Of a stretch of DNA of 64,000 nt, positions 43,641 to 53,678 are shown in pieces. A program made the translations under genes and the position numbers. Positions within the stretch are counted from its first letter, which is position 1. Every line of letters starts with the position of its first letter. The notes under the pieces are model-generated. The model saw only the letters and a list, made by a program, of their open reading frames with translations, was not told the DNA's origin and did not search any database. The DNA is from a virus, in IMG/VR virus record IMGVR_UViG_3300021185_003284, positions 32,001-96,000 of that record. The stretch is one strand, 5' to 3'.

Positions 43641-44084
43641 ATGCAACCATTAGATAAAAATACATTGTTTTCTATATTTGAAGTAGGTGATGAAGAGATC
43701 TACAAAGAGCATGGTGTAGAAGATCAGCTAAAAAATCCTTTCGTGCTAATGGGAATGGTTCTAAAGGGATTAGAGAATTACAGTATAATGGATATGATGT
43801 ACTTAAAGAGACATCCAGAAGACTATAAGAACGTAAGAGCGTTAACAAAGTATAAGTATTATATTAAGTTGTATACGTACTTAGAGAGAATAGACAGTCT
43901 TAACTTTGATAAAATATATAAGGTTGCTGATTCTTTCGGAAGAGATGAAACGTATGTAGGGTTAGAGAACCTTTTAAGGTACTTTGAAAAGATAGAGCAT
44001 TATGAAAACTGTGCTGTTATAAAGAGGTATCAAGATTTATTGATAGAGTCTTATGTTTCTGAAGATACTGTAGAAAGTTACTAA
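43641..44084 (+). CDS. Hypothetical protein with UvrB/UvrC-like C-terminal motif
   Basis: 'YFEKIEHYENCAVIK'; ATG just after TATTTATT. Confidence 0.6.
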   Translation: MQPLDKNTLFSIFEVGDEEIYKEHGVEDQLKNPFVLMGMVLKGLENYSIMDMMYLKRHPEDYKNVRALTKYKYYIKLYTYLERIDSLNFDKIYKVADSFGRDETYVGLENLLRYFEKIEHYENCAVIKRYQDLLIESYVSEDTVESY

Positions 44085-44146
44085 GATAGTTGCCTCCCTG
44101 ACAAAGATTTCTTATATTTAAGTATAAATAAGAAACAATAAAGGTT

Positions 44147-44635
44147 ATGAGAATGAAAAGATTAACTATAGAGGAGTCGGCGACTCTAATCAAAGCCGAT
44201 CATAATACCTCAGATCACGAGAAAACTGGATATACGATAACACCTAGTGTAGATGCTCAGAAGAGATCCGAAGGATGGGAAGACGTTACGTACTATACTA
44301 GTGTAAAGAAGATGAACCAGAAGCCTACATACGATATAGAGGCACAATGGATATACGTACTTACTAATACTTCGATGCCTGGCCTATGTAAGATTGGTTT
44401 TACTAAGAACACTCCGGAGGAGAGATGTAAGGAGATAAATAGTGCTACCGGTGTACCTGTAGATTATGAAGTAGCTTATTCCGTACCGGTGTTTAATGGC
44501 CATGATGTAGAGCAATTAATACATTTCCATTTATCTGAAGTTAGAGTTAATAAGAGAAAAGAGTTCTTTACAATATCATTAGATGAAGTAAAGCCTATTA
44601 TAGATGCTATAAGTCAACCATATAAAATGTTATAA
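44147..44635 (+). CDS. GIY-YIG family (T5orf172-like) protein
   Basis: WIYVLTN..MPGLCKIGFT, ER..EI..ATGVP, E..IH, KEFF. Confidence 0.85.
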   Translation: MRMKRLTIEESATLIKADHNTSDHEKTGYTITPSVDAQKRSEGWEDVTYYTSVKKMNQKPTYDIEAQWIYVLTNTSMPGLCKIGFTKNTPEERCKEINSATGVPVDYEVAYSVPVFNGHDVEQLIHFHLSEVRVNKRKEFFTISLDEVKPIIDAISQPYKML

Positions 44636-44636
44636 A

Positions 44637-45263
44637 ATGAAAGAAATAAAAATCGCGGTGCAACTTCGCGCGTTTCGCGCGGCGGCCGTAACTTTTTTAA
44701 TTGTATTATTAACCTCGTGCTCGCCCGATGAGCTCTCTCCCGACACTTGCCCCGGCGGTTGTGATGGACAGATGCTTTGGAACTATGAGAAGGATGCAAA
44801 TGGATATTACCATGTACCTTTAGATTGGACGGGTGAGTACTTACCTTACTTTTTTGTCGATGTAACAGCTTCCGAAGTTGATCCATATTGGCAGTATAAT
44901 GAAGAGTCAGTTGTAGAAGCTAGATTCGATAGTAATACCTCATGGAGAATAGGTGACAACCTAGTGATATCTGTTCCCTACTACACTCCTTTTGGTAATT
45001 ATACCTCTACAGGTCTTCCTTTACCGGCAGGGTGGACAGACGTTAATTTAACTCAATATGAAGGAGAGCTTATTAATATAGCTCAACCTACGGGTATAAG
45101 ATTTTCTAAGAAGAACGGTAGATTAATGTCAAGACGTTACTTAGGTCCATTTATTCCAGAAATGATAGGTGATACTATCACGGTAAATATGAGAATATTA
45201 TGGGATGCAGGTGATAATTCTATAGTAAAAGATCACTACGAACAAAAATTTATTGTAGAATAG
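44637..45263 (+). CDS. Lipoprotein
   Basis: Lipobox LTSC. Confidence 0.7.
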   Translation: MKEIKIAVQLRAFRAAAVTFLIVLLTSCSPDELSPDTCPGGCDGQMLWNYEKDANGYYHVPLDWTGEYLPYFFVDVTASEVDPYWQYNEESVVEARFDSNTSWRIGDNLVISVPYYTPFGNYTSTGLPLPAGWTDVNLTQYEGELINIAQPTGIRFSKKNGRLMSRRYLGPFIPEMIGDTITVNMRILWDAGDNSIVKDHYEQKFIVE

Positions 45264-45415
45264 TTGCTTATACGAATTATATTTAATATCTTCAATATAT
45301 AATTAATAAGATATTAATATAGATAATAAATAATATAATATATAATAATAAAAATATATATATACTTATATAAATATATAATATAATTAATAATAAATAA
45401 ATAAAAGGTTACACT

Positions 45416-46150
45416 ATGTTAGAAGCAGAACAAATTCAAAAGAATTACGAGAAACATCTTAAAATTATCGAAACTTATTTAAGTGAAGAGCGTGTTACTC
45501 AAGTTAAAGCTATGTTAAACCATATGGAAGAGGTCTACATAATGGCTCCTGCTAGTGGTAAGACTTGGTACCATAATGCTTTTGCTGGTGGATATGTTGA
45601 TCATGTTAATAGAGTGGTACAATATGCTATTGAACAATCTAGACTTTATGAAAAGATGGGAGGTACTTTAGACTATACTGATGAACAGTTAGTATTTTCT
45701 GCACTATTCCACGACTTAGGTAAAATAGGAGATGGAGATGCTCCAAACTATATACCTCAGACTGACAAATGGAGACAGGATAAACTATCAGAAATGTATA
45801 CTTTTAATCCTGACCTGCAATTTATGTTGATTCCAGACAGGTCTCTTTTTATACTCCAGAAGTTTGGCATTAAAGTAGACCAGAAAGAGTTTCTAGGCAT
45901 TAGATGTCATGATGGAGTATTCGATAAAGCTAATGAAGCATACTTCTTCAGCAATGTTGAATCATCTAGGCAAAAGACTGCTTTAGTATCCGTACTTCAC
46001 TCAGCAGATTTCTTAGCCTCTAAGGTTGAATACGATATGTGGAAAAATAAAGGTGGATCAACAATACCAACTACTAAAAAAACAAAAGCATCAACAGGCA
46101 GAAGAGTGAACTCCTCAGAAGGCCTGAGTAAAATGCTTAAAAACTTATAA
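45416..46150 (+). CDS. HD-domain phosphohydrolase
   Basis: APAS..YH....GG..DH, LFHDLGKIG, HDG, LHSAD. Confidence 0.88.
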   Translation: MLEAEQIQKNYEKHLKIIETYLSEERVTQVKAMLNHMEEVYIMAPASGKTWYHNAFAGGYVDHVNRVVQYAIEQSRLYEKMGGTLDYTDEQLVFSALFHDLGKIGDGDAPNYIPQTDKWRQDKLSEMYTFNPDLQFMLIPDRSLFILQKFGIKVDQKEFLGIRCHDGVFDKANEAYFFSNVESSRQKTALVSVLHSADFLASKVEYDMWKNKGGSTIPTTKKTKASTGRRVNSSEGLSKMLKNL

Positions 46151-46151
46151 T

Positions 46152-46472
46152 ATGGCACAATTTTTTACTCTTACTAACATAATAATTACTGTTTTAGTTG
46201 CTTTATTGGCAACTTCTGTTTATATTATTAATAACTTACTTACGAAAGTAGAAAAGTACGAAGATGTAACGGTTGATCAAACAAGTTATCTTCAAAGAAT
46301 CTCCGATTTAATTAGAGATTCGAAAATGCACCTAAGAAAGCTAGACGAAAAAGGGGTCTTTGCAAGCGATGACGAGGTCGGTTATTTTTTTAATAAACTA
46401 AAAGAAATACAGAGCGAGCTTGACAATTACATGCTCCCCGAAAATTATGGCAAGGAAGAAAGCAAAAGCTAA
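46152..46472 (+). CDS. Membrane-anchored hypothetical protein
   Basis: N-terminal TM, 'F.SDDEVGYFF'. Confidence 0.7.
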   Translation: MAQFFTLTNIIITVLVALLATSVYIINNLLTKVEKYEDVTVDQTSYLQRISDLIRDSKMHLRKLDEKGVFASDDEVGYFFNKLKEIQSELDNYMLPENYGKEESKS

Positions 46473-47151
46473 CTACTTTACAACAGAGACAGAACAATAT
46501 ATAGTTAAATACAATACTTCAACAGATTCAGAATATAGAAATTCTATATTTACTGAACATATTTATCTACCATTCTACAAGTTAGCAGAGAACATTATAC
46601 ATACATTTAAGTTTTACTACACCGATGTTGAAAAGATAGAGGATCTCAAACATGAGATAGTATCTGTCTTACTGGAAGAAAAGATTATGAAATTTGACCC
46701 TACTAATGGAGCAAAGGCATACTCTTATTTTGGTACGATAGTTAAACGTTGGTTAATAAACTACAACAATAAGAATTATAAGAAGTTAAAACAGATAGGA
46801 TCTTGGGATGACGTAGCAGACGGTTATGTACCTGAACAAAGAGACCTAAATACTGTAGGAATAACCTTAGCTCAATTTATTGACCGTTGGGTAGGCAGCT
46901 GTTATGAAGAGTTAGATGAGATGTTTAAGAAAGATCACGAAAAAAGAATCGCTGATGCTGTTTTAACATTATTCAGAACTCGAAACGATCTAGAGATATT
47001 TAAGAAAAAAGCTCTCTACATATACATTAGAGAGATGACTGATTGCGATACCCCTAACCTCACGAGAGTTATTACTAAACTTAAATTTAACTTTAAAGAA
47101 AAGTACCAAAAACTTTATGATGAAGGATTAATCTCAAATAAAGTGTTATAA
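46447..47151 (+). CDS. Putative phage sigma factor (T4 gp55-like late sigma)
   Basis: NYF.., KLAENII, 'KFDP..GAKAYSYFGTIVKRWLI' resembles sigma region 2. Confidence 0.65.
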   Translation: MARKKAKANYFTTETEQYIVKYNTSTDSEYRNSIFTEHIYLPFYKLAENIIHTFKFYYTDVEKIEDLKHEIVSVLLEEKIMKFDPTNGAKAYSYFGTIVKRWLINYNNKNYKKLKQIGSWDDVADGYVPEQRDLNTVGITLAQFIDRWVGSCYEELDEMFKKDHEKRIADAVLTLFRTRNDLEIFKKKALYIYIREMTDCDTPNLTRVITKLKFNFKEKYQKLYDEGLISNKVL

Positions 47152-47153
47152 TC

Positions 47154-47161
47154 TATTTATA
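47154..47161 (+). promoter_or_regulatory. Putative late promoter TATTTATA
   Basis: Starts the baseplate operon. Confidence 0.65.
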
Positions 47162-47178
47162 TAAAAGTATATAATACT

Positions 47179-47556
47179 ATGAGTTTAGATAAAGAAATAT
47201 TTAAAGGTAAAACTCTATCAGATCTATTTGGAGAAATTTATGATAACTCCAAAGAAACTAAAGGACAGGTAAAAGCACTTATAGGAGAATTAAAACCTCT
47301 TATTGAGAATATCGGAGACGCTACTCTAATAGTACCTATGATTAAAGAGTACATGGAGATTGGTGTTAAGAATGACGATGCTCTTATTAAACTAGCAACT
47401 ATCATTCAACGTATAGAAAGTGCACAAGCAAAAGGAGAAAGCGGAGAGTTTGACTTCTCTGAGTTACAGGATTTATTAGAGGAGCAAGAAGCTCTAGAGA
47501 ATGAGATAGAAGAAGTACCAACTAAAAAAGAAGAAGAAACAGACAAAGATGTTTAA
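47179..47556 (+). CDS. Hypothetical late protein (helical)
   Basis: First gene after TATTTATA motif at 47154. Confidence 0.7.
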   Translation: MSLDKEIFKGKTLSDLFGEIYDNSKETKGQVKALIGELKPLIENIGDATLIVPMIKEYMEIGVKNDDALIKLATIIQRIESAQAKGESGEFDFSELQDLLEEQEALENEIEEVPTKKEEETDKDV

Positions 47557-48694
47557 ATCATTCGGAAACGCTTCGGCAGGTAGCGGTGGAGGAAACGGAA
47601 CATCATCAAATAGCTCTATATTTGCTAGAGTAGTAGATGTTATTCAAGATTCATTTCATCCTGAATATGAAGATAAAGGATCTTCAAACGCACTGTACGG
47701 ACTATTTTACAGAGAACTACACGTACCGACTCTAGAGGATGGAGAACAACCTCTTAAGTTCGCCTACTGTGGTATATCCGAATTTAAAAAGATACCCTTA
47801 AAGAATGAGATAGTTAGAGTAGAAAAACTTCCCTCTGACGAACGTACACCACAGGATCCAACTAAAACTAAGATGTACTGGACAGCTATAGTAGGAGTAT
47901 GGAACTCTCCTCATCACAATGCTGCTCCAGACACACTACAGTCAGGTGAAGGATCATCTGTAGATCTAGGTGAATACTTTGTTGAAAAAGAGAACGTACC
48001 ACCTATTCAAGCCTTTCCAGGAGACGTATTAATGGAAAGTAGATTTGGGTCTACACTTAGACTAGGAGGTACTAAATACGATACTAATATATTTACAGAC
48101 GACAGTAATGACGGAATTCCATATGTTATACTTTCAAACGGACAAAAAGAACCAGAGGACGGAGTAACACCTGTTATAGAAGATATCAATGATGATCCAA
48201 ACTCACTATATATGGGAGCAGATCATAAGTTTGAACTTACTCAAGCAAACGATAAACGTGACGCATGGGATTCCGAACCAGATAAAGCAGATGCATTTAA
48301 AGGTAATCAAGTAATTCTTAATGGAGGGAGACTGTTCTTCAATGCTAAAGAAGAAGGAATATTTTTATCTGCAGTTGAAGGTATAGGTTTAAACGGAAAG
48401 GTAGTAGGAATAGATGGAGAAGAGTACGTAGCACTAGACGCTACAAAGGTATACTTAGGTACAGATGCATTTAAAGAGATAGAGCCTGTGCTCTTAGGTC
48501 AAACTTCGATAGACTGGTTAGATGATTTTATATCTCAATTCGAAACCCTTTGTAAGAGTATAGCTACATCACCACCTGCACCTCCTGCATTCGTAGCAAA
48601 GCAGATAGCTACAGCAAATTCAATAGTACCGGTAATACCGCAGTTAAAGAGTTTATTAAAACAACTATTATCTAAAAAAGTATACACAGAATAA
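47549..48694 (+). CDS. Baseplate hub/spike protein (gp5/VgrG-like)
   Basis: N-terminal OB-like 'ARVVDVI', 'P..NE.V', 'GDVLMESRFGSTLRLG', C-terminal 'EPVLLG'; baseplate context. Confidence 0.6.
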   Translation: MFKSFGNASAGSGGGNGTSSNSSIFARVVDVIQDSFHPEYEDKGSSNALYGLFYRELHVPTLEDGEQPLKFAYCGISEFKKIPLKNEIVRVEKLPSDERTPQDPTKTKMYWTAIVGVWNSPHHNAAPDTLQSGEGSSVDLGEYFVEKENVPPIQAFPGDVLMESRFGSTLRLGGTKYDTNIFTDDSNDGIPYVILSNGQKEPEDGVTPVIEDINDDPNSLYMGADHKFELTQANDKRDAWDSEPDKADAFKGNQVILNGGRLFFNAKEEGIFLSAVEGIGLNGKVVGIDGEEYVALDATKVYLGTDAFKEIEPVLLGQTSIDWLDDFISQFETLCKSIATSPPAPPAFVAKQIATANSIVPVIPQLKSLLKQLLSKKVYTE

Positions 48695-49950
48695 TGCCAT
48701 ACGTTAATATACCCGATTCCGGACTTCATGGTACCATCGCTAAAATAGTTGGCAAGATGATGGGTGGGGTAATGTCAAAGGTAATACAGAACTCTACCAA
48801 CATAACTAATTCACTCAATAGAAAAGGATGCCCGACAGGGCCGGAGACAGATAGGTTAAGAAAGAAACTAAATCAAAATCAAAAATCTCTCCAACAAGTA
48901 CAGAGCCGTATATCAAAATTTAAAGCTATACCCGGTAAATTAAAACCACCATTAGGGGGACTAAAAGCAGCTTTAAAAATTATACTTACTTTACCAATTC
49001 CACAAGGTATAGGTATTCCACCAGGACCTGCTGGGGGTCTTATTATTGGTTTACCAATAAACATTACAACTAAGTATGCAGATACTATGCATCTACTAAA
49101 GGAGTTTATTAAGCAAATTGACGAAATTATAGTAGCTATAGAAGCAGTATTAGATACTCCATCAGCATCATTAAAGAGTTTACAACGTAACTTAGGATCA
49201 GCAGACACAGCCGTTAAATGCTGTGAAATAGAAGCAGCACTACAAAAACAACTCGACAATGGAGATTTAACTCAAACAGATATAGACGATCTTGGACTTT
49301 CAGATGATGACGGAGACTTAATCTTCTCCTCTCTAGGACCTAAGCTTCTTGCTTCTGTATCCAATAAAGGATTAACTAACAGTAGTAAAGATAGTTTAAA
49401 ATCTAAAAGTGATTTAAACAAAAAAGGAAAATGGTTACTTAAGAACCCAATATCTTCAAACGCTGACGGTGGGGATATTATATATCTTGTGAATGACCAA
49501 GTTAAGTATAATAATGTAGAGTACATATGCATTAAAGGGCATACCTCTTCATTAGAAAATATACCCCCTACAGCTGAATTCTGGAGTACATTAGATTCTG
49601 CTGTAAATAAAGGGGTAAGCGACCTTCTATCTGGAATTAGAAAGATAGAGGATAGCAATATTAATTCTAATACCAAAGACCTTATTAAAGGCCTATTAGA
49701 TAATTTTGCTAATATAGGGGAAGGTAAAGCAGGTATTAATTCTAAGTTCTTTCATACAGGCCCTGATGGTATTGTATATGAATTAAGAATAAAGAATGAT
49801 CCACAAGCACCACCTATTGCCCCTAGACGATACGCAGTAGCAATAAATCCTGACGGAGCAGAGATGTTTGTCGGTGATAAATCCTTTGCTTCTGACGTAG
49901 AAGTATTATTAAATGAAATAAAATTTAGAATAGACAACCAACTTTCATAA
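48694..49950 (+). CDS. Virion structural protein with small carbohydrate-binding-like insert
   Basis: 'Y.VNDQVKYNNVEYICIKGHTS....PP....W'; structural operon. Confidence 0.55.
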   Translation: MPYVNIPDSGLHGTIAKIVGKMMGGVMSKVIQNSTNITNSLNRKGCPTGPETDRLRKKLNQNQKSLQQVQSRISKFKAIPGKLKPPLGGLKAALKIILTLPIPQGIGIPPGPAGGLIIGLPINITTKYADTMHLLKEFIKQIDEIIVAIEAVLDTPSASLKSLQRNLGSADTAVKCCEIEAALQKQLDNGDLTQTDIDDLGLSDDDGDLIFSSLGPKLLASVSNKGLTNSSKDSLKSKSDLNKKGKWLLKNPISSNADGGDIIYLVNDQVKYNNVEYICIKGHTSSLENIPPTAEFWSTLDSAVNKGVSDLLSGIRKIEDSNINSNTKDLIKGLLDNFANIGEGKAGINSKFFHTGPDGIVYELRIKNDPQAPPIAPRRYAVAINPDGAEMFVGDKSFASDVEVLLNEIKFRIDNQLS

Positions 49951-49967
49951 ACAAACTATTTATATAT

Positions 49968-50393
49968 ATGAAACTCGATCAATTACGTACAATAATAAGA
50001 GAAGAAGTTAAGTCTGCTGTTAAAGAAGAGTTGCAAGATATGCTTAATGAAGCAGTTAAAGCAGCATCTACACCAACAAAACAGACTCCAACAACATACT
50101 CTCCAGTTACACAGAAGGACATAAGCAAGACGTGGTCGACTGGAAAGATTAATCAAGGTACAGTTCCTTTAGAAGAGATGATAAATCAAACTAAATCCGA
50201 AATGACCAATGAAGATTACAAAACAATAATTAATGCTAATTCTACATCAGCACCAAACTTTGCACAAAGACAGGCTACAGGTGGAGGAGGAGCAGGATTA
50301 GACTTAAGCACAATACCTGGATTCGATCCTAATAAAGCAAAAGCAATTTTAGCTAAAGCTAATGAATCATCCAAGCAAAGAGCAGGAGCATAA
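49968..50393 (+). CDS. Hypothetical late protein
   Basis: Behind TATTTATA. Confidence 0.7.
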   Translation: MKLDQLRTIIREEVKSAVKEELQDMLNEAVKAASTPTKQTPTTYSPVTQKDISKTWSTGKINQGTVPLEEMINQTKSEMTNEDYKTIINANSTSAPNFAQRQATGGGGAGLDLSTIPGFDPNKAKAILAKANESSKQRAGA

Positions 50394-50396
50394 GAT

Positions 50397-50807
50397 ATGG
50401 CATTCGAAGTTAAAAAAATAGATCCATTAGACCTACAGCCTAGAAAAGCTGTCGGTGTGCAGTTGCCATTTTCTGGTAAAAGTGTATTTAATGTAAACTA
50501 CACTACAGAAGCGGCAATTAAGACTAATTTGATCAATTACTTTTTAACAGGTAGAGGCGAAAGATTTTTAAATGTTAATTTTGGTAACTCACTTCAGAAA
50601 CTAGTCTTTGACCAGTTAACTGAGAATAAAGTAAAAGAGATAGATGCACTAGTTAAGGCAGATCTAGCATTCTATTTTCCTAGGGTAGAACCAGTAGAAA
50701 TTAACACACTTGGAATACCGGATAACAATACTGTTCAATTCTCTATGAGGTATAAGGTAAAAAATACCAACATAGAAGATGAGGTGGTAATTAATTTTGA
50801 ACAATAA
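50397..50807 (+). CDS. Baseplate wedge protein, gp25/GPW-like
   Basis: IKTNLINYFLT.RGER...FG..L...VF, FPRV. Confidence 0.85.
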   Translation: MAFEVKKIDPLDLQPRKAVGVQLPFSGKSVFNVNYTTEAAIKTNLINYFLTGRGERFLNVNFGNSLQKLVFDQLTENKVKEIDALVKADLAFYFPRVEPVEINTLGIPDNNTVQFSMRYKVKNTNIEDEVVINFEQ

Positions 50808-52627
50808 TGGCTGAACAAAGAGACATAAAATATGTAAACAGAGAGTTCGGTGACTTTAAAGAACAGTTAGTAGAGTTTGCGAAAAGCTATTTTCCAGACA
50901 GCTATAATGACTTTAATGAAACAGCCCCTGGAATGATGTTTATTGAAATGGCATCATACGTTGGTGATGTACTCTCTTTTTATCAAGACACACAATTACA
51001 AGAAACATTTCTTCAACACGCTCAGAACCCTGCTAATCTATATTCTTTAGCATACATGATGGGCTATAATCCTAGAGTGACTTCAGCTGCTACTGCTGAT
51101 ATATTAGTAGAGCAAAAAGTACAAGCACTTTCTGGAAGCAGCTATACACCCGATTGGGACCAAGCTATCAAAGTACATGAAAACAGTACTATTAAATCCA
51201 CCTCAGAAGGAAACTCTTCTTTTATAATACAGGATACCGTAGACTTTAAATTTTCTAGTTCTTATGATCCTACAGATATTAAAATATCATCAGTAGATGA
51301 TAGTAATAATCCTGCAGAATATATATTAAGTAAGAAGGTTACAGCAATGTCAGGCGTAATAAACACTACTACATCTACATTTGCTTCAGCAGAGAAATTT
51401 GCAACAGTAAACATAACAGATACTAACATAATTAAAGTATTAGATGTTACCGACAGTGACGGTAAAACATGGACAGAAGTTCCTTTCTTAGGACAGGACA
51501 CAGTATTTGATGAACAACAAAACACATCTACTGATAACGCTTTAGTTCCATCTTTAATGCAACTAAAAAAAGTACCTAGAAGATTCGTAACAAGGTTTAC
51601 CTCTAAAGGGGTTATGCAAATACAGTTTGGAGCAGGAATAATTGGCTCATCAGACGACCAGTTTCTTCCAGACCCACAAAATATAAAGAAGTTCGGAGAC
51701 AAACAAGCAGTTGAACAAATCGATAGAGCATTTGATCCATCTAACTTCTTATTTACTAGAACATATGGTTTAGCACCAAGTAATACAACATTAACTATAA
51801 GATACCTTACTGGCGGTGGAGTAGAGTCTAATGCACCTGCCAATTCAATAACTGAAAAAGATGTAGTTACCACCACAGCAACTGATTCAACTTTCCTTGA
51901 CACATTAACGTTTAACAACGAGAAACCTGCATCCGGAGGTAAAGATGGAGATACAGTAGAAGAGTTGAGACAAAATTCTCTTAAGTCATTTAGTGAACAA
52001 AAGAGAGCTGTTACTACATCTGATTATACAGTTAGAGCATTATCTCTACCACCTCAGTTTGGTTCTGTAGCAAAAGCATTTGTAACTCGAGAGTTTAATC
52101 AAAATAGTATTAAATCTCCTCTCGACAGTAATCCTTTAGCACTAGCACTTTATATATTAGCGTATGACAATAGTGGAAAACTAATTACTGCATCGACTTC
52201 TTTAAAGAATAACTTAAAAAAGTATCTCACTGAGTATATGATGATAACAGATGCGATTGATATTAAAGATGCATTTATTATAAACGTAGAAGTAAAATTT
52301 GAAGTTCTCACATTACCTAATTATGCATCAAGAGACGTACTTTTAAACTGTACTAATAAACTAAAAGATTATTTTAAGACAAGTAAGAGAGATATAAATG
52401 GTCCTATCAATACATCTAATGTATTTACAGTACTTGACTCTGTAAAAGGTGTACAGACAGTTAAGTCAGTAGACATATTCAATAAAGCAGGAGGTAATTA
52501 CTCAGGTTTCGGATATGATGTAGAAGGAGCAACCAAAGGAGGAGTAGTTTATCCTTCTTATGACCCTTGTATTTTTGAAATTAAATATCCCGATATAGAT
52601 ATATCAGGGAGAGTAACAACAACATAA
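50807..52627 (+). CDS. Baseplate wedge protein, T4 gp6/baseplate J-like
   Basis: YNDFNE..PG.MFIE..SYVGDVLSFY.D.Q..E, GG.D..T.EE.R, Q.RAVT..DY. Confidence 0.88.
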   Translation: MAEQRDIKYVNREFGDFKEQLVEFAKSYFPDSYNDFNETAPGMMFIEMASYVGDVLSFYQDTQLQETFLQHAQNPANLYSLAYMMGYNPRVTSAATADILVEQKVQALSGSSYTPDWDQAIKVHENSTIKSTSEGNSSFIIQDTVDFKFSSSYDPTDIKISSVDDSNNPAEYILSKKVTAMSGVINTTTSTFASAEKFATVNITDTNIIKVLDVTDSDGKTWTEVPFLGQDTVFDEQQNTSTDNALVPSLMQLKKVPRRFVTRFTSKGVMQIQFGAGIIGSSDDQFLPDPQNIKKFGDKQAVEQIDRAFDPSNFLFTRTYGLAPSNTTLTIRYLTGGGVESNAPANSITEKDVVTTTATDSTFLDTLTFNNEKPASGGKDGDTVEELRQNSLKSFSEQKRAVTTSDYTVRALSLPPQFGSVAKAFVTREFNQNSIKSPLDSNPLALALYILAYDNSGKLITASTSLKNNLKKYLTEYMMITDAIDIKDAFIINVEVKFEVLTLPNYASRDVLLNCTNKLKDYFKTSKRDINGPINTSNVFTVLDSVKGVQTVKSVDIFNKAGGNYSGFGYDVEGATKGGVVYPSYDPCIFEIKYPDIDISGRVTTT

Positions 52628-52628
52628 T

Positions 52629-53678
52629 ATGGCATTATTTAGAATATACCCCGAAAAAGATTCTCATATTTGGTCTGAACCAAATGTGGCAGGATTGTAC
52701 GGTAATGCCGGTAAAGATCCAATATTAGAAATAGGAGGATATCCCGACGTTAATTTAACAGGAAGGACAAACAGAACTCTAATACAGTTTAGACAATCGG
52801 ATATTACAAGCAGTATAAATAATAAAGTAACAGGAGGATTTAGCGCAAGCCTACACCTATCCTTAGCTTCAGCTTCTGAAATACCGGACACCTTCACTAT
52901 TAACTCTTATCCCCTATCTTCCTCCTGGACTAACGGTACAGGTCAAAGAACAGACAGTCCGCCTAATCTAGGAGGCTGTAGCTGGAAATATAAAGACGAT
53001 TCAACAACAGAGTGGACTACACCTGGAGCAGATTATTTACCTACACCTACTACAAGTCAAGTTTTTGACTTAACATCTACATACGATATTAACATGGATG
53101 TTACGGAAGCCATAGAAGGAATGTACAGCGGTTCCTTAAGTAACAATGGGCTTCTTCTTAAAATTGAAGATACATATGAAAATTACACAACTGCCAGTGT
53201 AAACCTTAAGTACTATGGATCAGATACACATACTATTTTCCCTCCTTATTTAGAACTTAAATGGGACGATACTGTATATAGTAGTTCTTTAACTGAATTA
53301 AATACCGACGTAGCAGTTATAAAAATTAAGAATCACAAACCAGAATACGTAGACTCAGATAAAGTTAGATTTAGAATTTCTGCCAGACCTAAATACCCAG
53401 CAAGAACATTCACTACATCTTCTATATACTTAACTGAATATAAACTTCCTATTAACTCCTATTGGGGCATACAGGACGACTTTAGTCAGGAAATGATAGT
53501 AGAATTTGATACAACATACACTAAGATTAGCGCCGACAATGTAAGTAGTTACTTTGACATTTATATGGATTCACTTCAACCGGAAAGACATTATAAATTA
53601 TTAGTTAAAACTACTTTAAATGGAAGCACTGTTGTCTTAGACAATAATAACATTTTTAAAGTAGTTAAGAATGGCTAA
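52629..53678 (+). CDS. Virion protein with DNRLRE-like domain
   Basis: D..I, RTLIQF, W..GTG, DVT, NNGLLLK, PYLELKW. Confidence 0.6.
   Translation: MALFRIYPEKDSHIWSEPNVAGLYGNAGKDPILEIGGYPDVNLTGRTNRTLIQFRQSDITSSINNKVTGGFSASLHLSLASASEIPDTFTINSYPLSSSWTNGTGQRTDSPPNLGGCSWKYKDDSTTEWTTPGADYLPTPTTSQVFDLTSTYDINMDVTEAIEGMYSGSLSNNGLLLKIEDTYENYTTASVNLKYYGSDTHTIFPPYLELKWDDTVYSSSLTELNTDVAVIKIKNHKPEYVDSDKVRFRISARPKYPARTFTTSSIYLTEYKLPINSYWGIQDDFSQEMIVEFDTTYTKISADNVSSYFDIYMDSLQPERHYKLLVKTTLNGSTVVLDNNNIFKVVKNG

Noticed and set aside
24626-44149. Repeated cassettes as a CRISPR array, with 8083 as Cas4
   Set aside because: Repeats are dispersed promoters kilobases apart, not regularly spaced; no other cas genes
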